A stretch of DNA of 64,000 nt from the NCBI GenBank assembly GCA_050613775.1, contig JBODTK010000123.1, positions 248,001 through 312,000 of the forward strand, read 5' to 3'. This document shows positions 52,901 through 64,000 of the stretch, piece by piece (position 1 is the stretch's first letter; every line of letters starts with the position of its first letter). Source of the stretch: Neocallimastix sp. 'constans'. Taxonomy: Eukaryota. The notes beneath the pieces are model-generated. The model saw only the letters and a list, made by a program, of their open reading frames with translations. It had not been told where the DNA came from and searched no databases. A program made the translations under genes and the position numbers.

Positions 52901-54243
52901 CTCAACAAATTGAAAAATTCTCTGATAAACTTAATAAACAAGCTATGTATACTAAGAAATCCAAAATTAGTAGACTTCCATCATATATTACAATCAATTT
53001 CATTCGTTTCCAATGGAAGCAAACTGAACAAATCAGAGCTAAAATTTTAAAGGTATAAATGCTTGTATATATTTTTATAAATTTATAAATATCTTTTTAT
53101 TTATTAATTAAATAAAATTATAAACATAATCATTTTGTTTATATAAACATGAAATTATATATAGCGTGTTAAATTCCCATTAGACTTAGATATGACACCA
53201 TATTGTACACCAGAACTTCAAGAAAAATTAAAGGTCGGTAAAGCTAAGATAAAGGAAATGCAAGATAAGGAATTAGAAAAAAAGGTACTTCACTTATAAT
53301 ATGTCGCTTTATATATATATATATAATAAATATTATATAATATTAATTTTATTTTTATTTATATTTATTTATTATTTTTATTTTTATTTTTATTTTATTT
53401 TATTATTATTATTATTTTTTTTAATGAAAATTTATTGAAATTTAGAAAAGAGAAAAAGCTTTAAAAGATAATCCATTAATTGCTAAAGATGAAGATGTAA
53501 AGATGGAAGATTCTAATAAAGTTCAAAAGAAACAATATGAAATTTACAGAGACTTAAATATTGATAATAGTTTAATAGAAGATGTTGGTGCTAATGTTAC
53601 TGGTCAAGTGAGTATAATAATTAATTAAATATATGATATTTTAAGGAATAATTATTTATATATAATTTAAAATAAATAAATATAAAATAAAAAGTATGAT
53701 CTCGTTGCTGTTCTTACTCACATGGGTAGAAATGCTGATTCTGGTAATTAAAATCTGTATAATAAAAAGAAAAAATTAAAAAAATAGTTATACATTTAAT
53801 ATTAATAATAAATATTTATATTATTTATTTAGGTCACTACATTGGTTGGGTTAGACAAGAAACTACTGACAATTGGTGTAAGTATTATAATTCAATGATT
53901 AAACATTATAAATATTTAAATTTATATTTATTTTCAATTAAAACGGAAATAATAATAAAATTTTATTTGTTCAATTTATTAGGGAAATTCGATGATGACA
54001 AGGTTACTGCTATTACTTCTGAAGATATTCCAAAATTAGAAGGTGGTGGTGACTGGCATACCGGTACGCATTATAAAATTTTAAAATTATTTAAAGTATA
54101 ATATATTTAAAAGTTAATATAATTTATTAATGTAAATTTTTATATGAATATGATTTTTTTTTTTTTTTTTTTTTTTATTTAAATTATTATTTATATTATT
54201 AGCTTATATTTGCTTATACAAGGCTAAAGAATTAAAAGAATAA
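49720..54243 (+). CDS. UBP6: Proteasome-associated ubiquitin C-terminal hydrolase Ubp6/USP14, about 18 exons (missed by the ORF track)
   Basis: N-terminal UBL (IKWAGKK|YDVEV...LTGVP..RQKVLIKGGMLKDD), Cys box GLVNLG|NTCYMNATLQC, QQDAEECW, His box THMGRNADS|GHYIGW and LEGGGDWHT|AYICLY. Approximate exons: 49720-49761, 50531-50610, 50706-50778, 50916-50930, 51009-51098, 51308-51341, 51459-51528, 51670-51784, 51882-52071, 52157-52240, 52681-52712, 52894-53052, 53165-53284, 53445-53607, 53695-53743, 53833-53877, 53983-54063, 54203-54243. Confidence 0.92.
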
Positions 54244-54491
54244 ATATAATAAAAATTTAAAAAAAAAAAAAAATAAAAAAATAAAAATAAAAATAACTAA
54301 GATTAAAGCAAAACAATTAATTAAAATCAATAATTGAAATAATGAATTTACATAGGTTTAAAATTAGCATTTAAATATGAAATATAATTTATAAAGAAAT
54401 TTAAAATTTCAAATTTAAAAAAAAAAAAAAAAAAAAAAATAATAATAATAATAATAATAAAATAACATAAAATAATATAAATAAAAAAAAA

Positions 54492-54522
<31 letters not shown>

Positions 54523-54971
54523 GAAAAACTAAAATAAAACTAAAAATAATAAAATTAATTAAAATCCTTCAAATTTATTAAATCATTTACTTTTTATATT
54601 TATATTTGGTTTATTATTTATTTATAAATATGGCGTAATATTATTTTTATTTTATTTTTTAAATTTTAGAGTATAATTTATTTTTAAAAATATTTTATAA
54701 AAAGTAATAAAGTAAAATCTAAATGTAATACAATATATATTATTATTATTTTTTTTTATATATACATAATTAAAGATAATGAAATATTCTATTGTATTGA
54801 AAAATACATCCATAAGTAAACCCTTATGATTAGTATAACTTTCTAAATTTTTTATTGTTATTATAATTATTATTACTGTTATTATTATTATTATTACTGT
54901 AAATTTTGATGAACATATATATATATAAATAAAAGTATTTTTTTTATTCTATTTGTTAAAATATTATAATA

Positions 54972-57900
54972 TCATATATCAGACTTCAAAGAACAAATTA
55001 ATGCAACACCTCTTTTAATCCAATGACTTTGAGGTTTATCTGAAGGTAAATCTATTGTTAAGACATAATTGGTTGAATGACCAGTTGTTGATAATGTACC
55101 TTTTAATAATATTATATAGATAATAATTAATAATGTTTAAATAAATAAATAAAAATAAAAATTAAAAATAATTTTTTTTTTTTTTTTTTAAACAAGTATT
55201 TTCAACAAATATATTTTTATTTAATAATTATAATAATTAAATAATTAAATAATTATATTAAAATGATGATAGTATATATATATGTATATATTTAATTATT
55301 TACCTGCTCTTGTTAAAGTTTTATAAACTGGACATTCATAAATATTTTTAGTTGGTTTAACTCTATTTGGAACTGGAAGAAGCCATATAATCGGCATCTT
55401 TGTATATAAAACTTTTGGACTTGATTCAGCTAAAACACCTGAATCACTATCCCATCGAGCTCCTTCCAAGAAGAATCCAGAAATATAACATCCATCCTTT
55501 GGTTTTAATAATACTTCATTTATTGGTGTTTCAATTACAATGAAATCAAACGACAGTATATCAATTGAATATTTATATTTTCTTGCATAGTTTTGTAATG
55601 TACCTGTAAGGAAAGCTTGTGGGAAGAAGAAACCACTAATCCAAAAGACCGTTGGTATTCCATTATCAATCCAATTTTTAATAAATTTAATTCTTTCATT
55701 TAAATCGTTTACCCAACCGGATAGAGATTTTAAAGATGGATAGGCCTTGGCATGCCATGCTTCAGGAACTTGATTAAGATATATACTTTCACACATACTT
55801 TCTAAGAATTCAGACATAACTACTAAACCTTTCAACGCTTTCATAACTTCTTTCAATGAACTGTGAATTTCTGCTAATAATTTATTGTAACGTACGACTT
55901 CTTGTACTAATACTGTTGACATAGATTCTGAATAATTGGTTGGATATTTCTTTTGAATAGCTTCTAAGTCCATTGGGTATGGAATCTTTTCTTCAATAGA
56001 TTTAGTAGTTTCCAAAAGTTGTTCTTCACGACTTTCACCAGTATTACTCTTAGAAGTATGTGGCATAAGCATAAGTAGAGTGGCAAATGTACTATAGACT
56101 TCCTTTTGAGCATAAGATATATTGGCATTTTCATGCATAGAGAAGATTTCTGCTGTTTCATCAATTGGTAATGATTTAATATAGTTTTTATAACTGCTAC
56201 TGGTTTCTCCTGCAATGGAATAGTATATTCCAGAGCTTGAGAATTTATAACCTTCTTTAAGTGCTTCCGGACAATAGAATCCATCTAAAATATTCATAAT
56301 TAAACGTCTATCCCAATCATCTGTGACACGTCCACCATAATTAATTTGACCTACTGTATATTTCAGTACCTTAAATGGAATTTCTTCGTATTCTTCTAAA
56401 TACATTTTCAATTGCTTAGCACAAATTTGAAGATCTCCTTCGGTAAATTCATATGGAATATTCCATCCAAGCGAACCAAACTTTCTTCTTTCTTGAACAA
56501 CTGCATGGAAGAACGCAAGTGCAAAATGTAAACGTCTCCAAGGTATTGGTTTAGTACAACTATCTAGATAATCATCCGTGATGGTTGAATAGGTTCTCAT
56601 TAAATTGGCCTTTATACCAAATGAAGGTTCAACCGTTAACTTAATACCATTTTGAAGAATAGCTACAGGGAATTTATCTGATGGCATACTTGTCAACCAT
56701 AATCTGAAATCTCTATGAACTTTATCAAGAGTAATTGAATCTACAATTTTATCTAATGTTGGCATCCAACTTGGACTTAAATGACAATTTTGTAATAAAA
56801 TCCATAATCCCTTTTCCATACCATCTTTAATTAATTTTTCGGCTCTTGGACCTTGACCTTGACCTAACGAAACAGAATATAATTTCTTACTGAATCTGCA
56901 TTCTTCAGCATATTTGTAAAGGTTAGTAGCAGGATCAGCACCAGCAGAAAGAATGAAAATTAATGGAGTCATTGGTGTGGATTCCTTATAAAGTTCGGAT
57001 AAGGCTGAATTTTGTGGCTCAATAAATTGTTCACTTAATACATCAGCAACAAATTCTTGAATGGCCGTAATGACTCTATCCACACGAATACAACGAAGAA
57101 CTAATATCTTTTGGAATTGATTAAGTTTACTATGCCAACGACCAGATAAACGTTCTTTATGTGGATTTTGACTATCAAATATCTTTTCAAATATTTCTGT
57201 TTTATAGATAACTTCATCATCAAATCCATCAAATGCTTTTAGGGAAGAAAGTGTTTGAATTTCATTCCATGATTGACTGGTTAACCATTGTTCTGCTGGA
57301 TTTGGTTTACTTGTGTCAACCTTGTTACTTACGGTTCCTGTAATCAAGAATTTATATTCTTCTTCATCAATCTTATTTTCATTCATTAATATTCTTGTTG
57401 TTAATAAGAAGGAGAACATCAATTTGTGCTTTTCGAACAAACTTCTACAGATGTTAGTATAGAGTGAGAAAGTGAAATAATCATTAATATTAGTAATTCT
57501 AACTTCAATATCGTTGGAAGGCTCTGAATTGGTGATCGAATTAACGAAAAGATTAAGGAACCATGTTAATGAATATTGATACATAGGATCAATAGCAGAG
57601 AGTTCTACAATACAGAAGAAAAGAATTCTAGTTCTTACGGCTACCGCTGAATATGAATTTCTTGTAATATCAATATCCTTTTCTGTAGTTTCAGCTTCTA
57701 AAACTTTTTCTTTAATTTCAGATGAGGTAACTTTGGAAGCAGCCAAAGTATCAATTAAACGTTCATCATCTACAGGACTACCTTGTACAGTAGACAATAG
57801 ATATAGAATCTTATCTTCAATATCTTTTAATTCCTTTTTCATTTGGGCATTACTAATTACAAGGGAATTTTTAATTTCTTCTAAATCTGGACGTTCATTA

Positions 57901-60900
57901 GCAACAACAATACCAAGCAATTGATCTTCTAGACCACTTGGAGCTAATGTAAAGTTAACAATAGTTAACATGGCATATATTTCTGGAGTATAATGTGGAT
58001 TTGGAAGTTTAGTGGTAATATAAAGCTTAAAATCTGAATGATATGGAATAACGTTATCACCTAGTTTAATAACTTGACTACCTCCTTGTAAATAAACTTG
58101 TCTTAATAATATAGGATCTAAAGCAGGGTCTAACTTCTCACCAATATTTTCAATTAATACTGGCTTACCAAATCGAATAGCATTTTCTAGTGTTCTAATA
58201 TAGTTTTGATCAGTAAGCTTCACTATTTCAAGATTTTTCTCCTTTTCCATATTTCTTATCCATTTATTGGCTTGCCCTTGTGGATCTATTAACAGTGGCC
58301 ATCTTTGTGAATGATGAATAATGAGACCATTATCCCTAGAGAAGGAATCCTTTGGTAAACCAAAAACTTCCCATTCACGTAAAAGTACTGGATCACCAAG
58401 AATATCCCAAAGAGATACATTATAAGAATGTGGTATATTTAAGCTGTTAAATTCATCCATCCATTCTTCAATTAATTCAGCACGATATTCGGATGAAAAG
58501 GCTCCTAAATAGGCAATGGAACCTGAAGCAATTAAAATATCACCAACAGCATTTTCAATAGATTTATCAAATCCATTTACTGATTCAGACCATCTCTTTC
58601 TTTCATCGGATAAACCAGTAATAAGTTTTTGAGCTCTTGTTAACTTTAAATTACATTCATCTACTTTTTGCTTTAATTCTTCCTTCTTTAAAATTAAATC
58701 TTCATATTGTCTTTCCATTTCATGAATATTATTATCAACAGCTTGAAGTTCTCTCTTGGATTCATCCAAGGAAGCCAATGTTTCCTCTAAAACTTTTTGA
58801 GCTTCTTTTAATTTTTCTCTTTTAGGTGCAACTGCTTTTGCTACCCAATAATACTTTTCCATAGCTCTTACCCACTGACAAATAGATTTAGCAGCTTTTG
58901 ACACGTGGGCAATAACCGAAACTTGAAATTCGGGACTCTCAATATATGGTTTAATTTTCAAGATGGTTTGTTCGGAAATATTATCTTTATCGAAATTCAT
59001 TAAACTATCCAAGAATTTTGCTGGATCTGCTAATAAAGCCTTACCGACATCCCAATAATCATCCACTTTCTTACCAATCTTATCACTATCTACTCTCTTT
59101 GGCTTAATTCCTTTCATAATACAAACAGCTTCAATAACCAGTTTAACACCTTCTGGTGGACGTTGCATACTTCTTACTTCAATAACATCATTCTTTGATA
59201 AACTATTAAGACTTTCTAAAGCAGCATCTAATGCTGGTAAAGCTTCATCTAAATCTCTTTGAGATTCATCAGCAATTTTCTTTGTTTCTTCTGCTTTATT
59301 GGAAGCAAATTCTTCCTTTTTCAACACGGATTCTCTTATAACTTGAGCAGCAGCCTTATCTTCAGAAATTTGTTTCATTGTTCTTTCCACTTCTTCTGAA
59401 GTTTGAAGTAATAAAGGTTGAGTGTTTTTAAGTTCTTCTTGAAGCGATTCAACTTCTTTGGTAGCATTCAATAACTTTTCTAAACCTGTAGAAATTCTAT
59501 TACGAAGAGTTGTTAAATCATTTTTCTTCTTTTCCAATAATGTTTTATACAATGTTAATAATTCTAGATAACTTTTTGGTGTGACAAAGTTATGTCTGTT
59601 CAATTGAGTTTCAAATTTTATACATTTTTCTCTTACAGATTCGTGAATAAATACACAATAAGATACAATACCTTCCATTACTTCTTCATCACCAATATCT
59701 GATATTTCTATTTATTTATTTATATATAATACATAATAAATATTAATATATAAAATTGATGTAGTAATTTATATTCATATTAATTGAATTATATATATAA
59801 AATTTTTTTTTTTAAAATAAATAAATAAAAAAAAAATAATATATATAAAATTGATAAAAATAAAAAAAAAATTAAAAAATATATATTAATAATAATATTG
59901 TAATGATAATAATAATAATATAATAATAACGAAAATAAACTAACCTGATATAAAGTTGGCAGCAACCGATTGAAGAGCTTCTTCTGGCCACATAGTAAAC
60001 CAATCAATTGTACAACAGTTAACAAGGGATGGGAACATTCTAAGTCTTGTTGTAAATGATTCACCCATAGGACTCATACATAGAATTAGATGAAGGAATT
60101 TTTTAACCCTTCCAACATAAAGAGCAAACAAGTTTTCTTTCGTTGGTATAAACGTATTGGTTTGTGGGAATCTTTGTCTCATATTGTTAATAATTTGATC
60201 CATTTCATCAGGGGTATAAATATTTGGTACATCACCAGAATTTAATATATTATTAATATCTTCAAAGTATGTTTCAGAAACAATTTGTGTATCTGATATT
60301 AAGAATACTATTGATTTTTCTTCTAAACCTGCACCCATCATAACATGCTTTATATCATCATGCCATTCTTGTGTTCCATAGTTCTTGGAGAGCTCAATTT
60401 GATAAATTTCATAATCTTCCATAAATATAGCTAATTTAGAGAGAGATTGACGACCACTACCACCAACACCAAGTAATAATGCATTACCTTGGGGTTGACG
60501 AATAATTCTACATATTTTAGAGATATGCTCAACAGCATCAAGGAAAAGTACTAATTTCATCGGTGAGGTGACTGAGGTATTATAATCTTCTAAATAATTA
60601 TCAATGGTTTTTGCCAATTTTTTCAAATCCTTGACTTCACAATAAACTTTATTATCTGAATTTGGATTCATGTAGTCACCATAAATTAATGGTTCTTGTT
60701 CAACAACATTCGAATAATTCATTTTAAGTATTTTATTCATTACAGATTTAATTTCGTCTAAGAACCAGCCTCTGTCAGTATCGTCAATTAAACGATCTTG
60801 GAATACTCTTAAGCATTCGTGAATCCATAATCTAACAATATCATTTGGATCAATAATTGTACTAGGTCCAACATCAAGCATACCCTTAAATACTTTGGAA

Positions 60901-63900
60901 AGATCACGAAGATTGAAGGTATAATGGGATTTAGCAGGAGTTGGTAAAAGTTCCTGTCTAATTGTATTATAAATTTCAATAGATGCATCTACCAAAGGAT
61001 TACATAAATCATTGATATTTTGTGGGAAAACGGCCATAAATGAAGATAAAATTGTGGAAAAGATCTTCTTTAAACTTTGATCTTCCATTTCAGTGAAGGA
61101 TATCATATTACAATGTCTTGTAAATCTTGGAGTAATTGGATTTCTACCACCACCAGGTAGACCCATAGCACATACTAATATTATATCTTGAAGTTCATTG
61201 AAAGAACCAATACTCTTTCTGTCATACCAACCTCCATGATCTAGATATTGTCTAATCAATTCAATTGGGGGTTGAGAATCACAAACATCCAACATTGGCA
61301 TATTCAAATCATCAATAAATATAATCATTTTATGACCAATAGGTGGCCCATATATATTCTTACGTCTTTTTTCTAATTTTGAGTCAATGAAATCTTGTGT
61401 TTGGTTGGCACTTGTTCTTGCAGAAAAGTTTAATATTACTGGAAGGTAATTCTTAGTTGGCATGCTTTCAATAATTTTGTTGGTTATTAATACAGATTTA
61501 CCTGTACCTGTTGGTCCAATACATAAGGTCTTATAGTTATTTACAATCAATAATTCTAATAAATAAGATATTCTAATCGTATCAATTGTTGGAACAATAA
61601 CATCTTTACTTCCATTCTGAGGCATTTCAAACTCTTTTACACTAGACATCCAATTAATCCATTGTTGGTCTTCCATAACAAATTTATAATCAAATACTGT
61701 ACCTTCTTCAGGAATAGGTAATTTTAATGGATGTTCATTAAACATTTCTCTTAACCAGGCGTCAAACTTCTGTCTTCCTTCAATATTTGAGGTGATACCT
61801 AATGACCAAATAAGTGAGAATATAAATAATGATTCTATATTATTAATACACATTTGTTCTGAGGCAGCTACAATTTTTGGCTTATTTTCTTCTTTATAGG
61901 CAGAAATTAAACAATCAAAGATTCTCATTAAACTTTGAGAAACATTTCCTCTGGTCGTAGCAACTGGTTCTCTTATATTATGGTATAAGAATTCTAAACC
62001 AGGTAATAAGAAAGTATCAAATAATTTATTAAGCTCATTGGTAAATGTTTCATTGTAAGATTCAGAAAACAATTGAACTTCAGATTCAATCCATGACTTT
62101 ATTAAAGGTTCAACACCTAAGGCATTTGGTTCTAAATAAATCATACCACATCTAGATACTGTAGCTGGTGAAGCAAATGCTAAATTTTCAACTTCAAAGA
62201 TTAAAGTTTGAGTTGGAAGCAATTTAATAATTTCACCACTGGTTAAGCATAATTTTTTGTTATCATCTAATACTGTATTCATACTTTCAATCCAAATGGC
62301 ATCCACAGGACCATCAAATATATACCAATGTTTATCTTTGTTTTCCATACTACAACCAATTCTAATTAAACATGGTAAAATACCATCAGTCCATTCATGC
62401 GTTTGTAAATCAAATTCACCGTACAATTGACCCATCGTAATTGATTTTGGATTCATAACATATTTATGGATGCGGAAATATTTATCGTGATATCTTGGAT
62501 TTAATGATAACTCAGTGAGCGCCTTTGCTAATACTCTATAACAGCATGTTTTTCCCCCACCAGTGGGTCCGACTAACATAAGACCATGACGTACGATTGT
62601 CATAGCATACATCTGAATACATTTTTCAATAAAGACAGGTGTTGGTTGTAATCCGAAAGAATAACATGCTTGTTCTAATGATGTAATTAAATCGCCATAA
62701 TCGATTTCAGGTTTTTTAATACCTGGGAAAAGATCTGAAATAATACCATTAAATAATGGAATATCTTCAGCAAGGAATTTTGGAAGATTAACATCACATA
62801 AAGCTCTTAATAATAAGAAGTCTTCAGATTCTAATGGATTTTCGCGTTTAAGATTACCTGCACTTGAAATAACTGTTTTTACAGCTCTCATACCAAAATC
62901 GTAGTGATCTTGAATAGATAATTGTTCAGATGATAATTTAAATGTTGCAACCATTTTTTTAGCAAGTATTTGAGCTTCTGAAAATCCGAAAGAGAATAAA
63001 CTAATTTCAGCAATCATTTCATAATTAGGAATCATCATAGCCTTTTATTTTTCCCCATTTAGAAGTAAATAGAAAATAGATATTTTATAAATTAATAATC
63101 AAATCAATTATTGTAATAAAGAAAAAAAAATATATATATAATAAAAAAAATCCCCTTTTAAGAAAAAAATAAAATAATTTAAACTTACCACTGGACGGAA
63201 TAATGCCTTTAAATTATCTGGAAGTTCGGTTCTACCCGCATAACCTGGATTCATAGTAATAAATATAGCATTTGTTGGATCAAGTGATAATTCAGTACCT
63301 TCAAAGATAAAGGTTTCTAAATGTGAAGCAGCAGCTTTTTGAATACTCATAACTTGTTGAGCAATAACAGACAATACTTCAATATCAATTCTATTAAATT
63401 CATCGAAGCAAGCCCAAGCACCAGCACTAGCCAAACCTTTAAAGAATTTTTCCATAGCAAGATAATCCAATTGATCAGAGCAGTTGAAGACAACACATTG
63501 CTTTGCCAATGCTTTTGCAAGATCTTTAACAGTTTCTGTTTTACCAGTTCCTGCTGGACCTGCAGGAGCACCACCCATATAAAGATGCATAGCACCACAT
63601 AAGGTCAAGTAACATCTATCAGTTAATGGAGTGATAACCAATCTACCAGTATTACCTAAGTATTCATAACCATAAGTAAATTCTGCATTAACAATTCTGA
63701 TGGTTAAGTCATCATTTTCCCAATAATATCTTAACTGACTCATCCATTCAAAATCATTAATTGAAGATACTTGGGAATCAATTAATTTCTTCATTATATC
63801 ACGAGCATGGACATCAATAACAATCAAATCTCCAATAATAGAACGAGTAATATATGGTAATTCCCCTCTGACTAGACTTACTAAACTTTGTAGTTGATCT

Positions 63901-64000
63901 AATTGTTTTTGAAGATATTTTTTCATACTATCACTACCATTGGAAATAGCTTCTGTTACTTCTGTGGTAAAGAAGGTCTGACTTACAGCAATAACAACTT
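54972..64000 (-). CDS. DNAH1-like: Axonemal inner-arm dynein heavy chain (DNAH1-like), 5' partial; exons >64000-63189, 63041-59945, 59707-55304, 55099-54972
   Basis: Four P-loops ([32 protein letters not shown]), CFDEFNRI, stalk, [11 protein letters not shown], and the C-terminus [20 protein letters not shown]...[11 protein letters not shown] as recalled for DNAH1. Confidence 0.95.

Noticed and set aside
55964..63602. Short alternative-frame and antisense ORFs within the dynein gene (likewise within the agd3-like and BOI1-like genes)
   Set aside because: Shadows of long coding exons with no recognisable motifs.

Overview
Extremely AT-rich eukaryotic DNA with GT-AG introns and an axonemal dynein, most consistent with an anaerobic gut fungus (Neocallimastigomycota; inferred, not proven). 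Intact genes: a secreted Agd3/CE18-like polysaccharide deacetylase, a small AN1 zinc-finger protein, OST subunit Swp1/ribophorin II, a Boi1/Pob1-like SH3-SAM-PH protein, an 18-exon Ubp6/USP14, and the 3' part of a DNAH1-like inner-arm dynein heavy chain. Broken genes: a bacterial-type GT-D (DUF1792) glycosyltransferase pseudogene, a secreted histidine phosphatase cut off by a copia fragment, and a Cys-rich membrane protein pseudogene. Mobile DNA includes three LINE remnants, a decayed Gypsy element with dispersed LTR pieces, and a MITE family. The most notable unannotated structures are (i) a complete 454-bp tRNA-headed SINE with encoded CCA, a 15-bp TSD and an internal RNA core showing compensatory base changes between copies, and (ii) a 4.5-kb hierarchical minisatellite enclosed by about 85-bp terminal inverted repeats (foldback-like). 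All calls were made by eye, without database searches.
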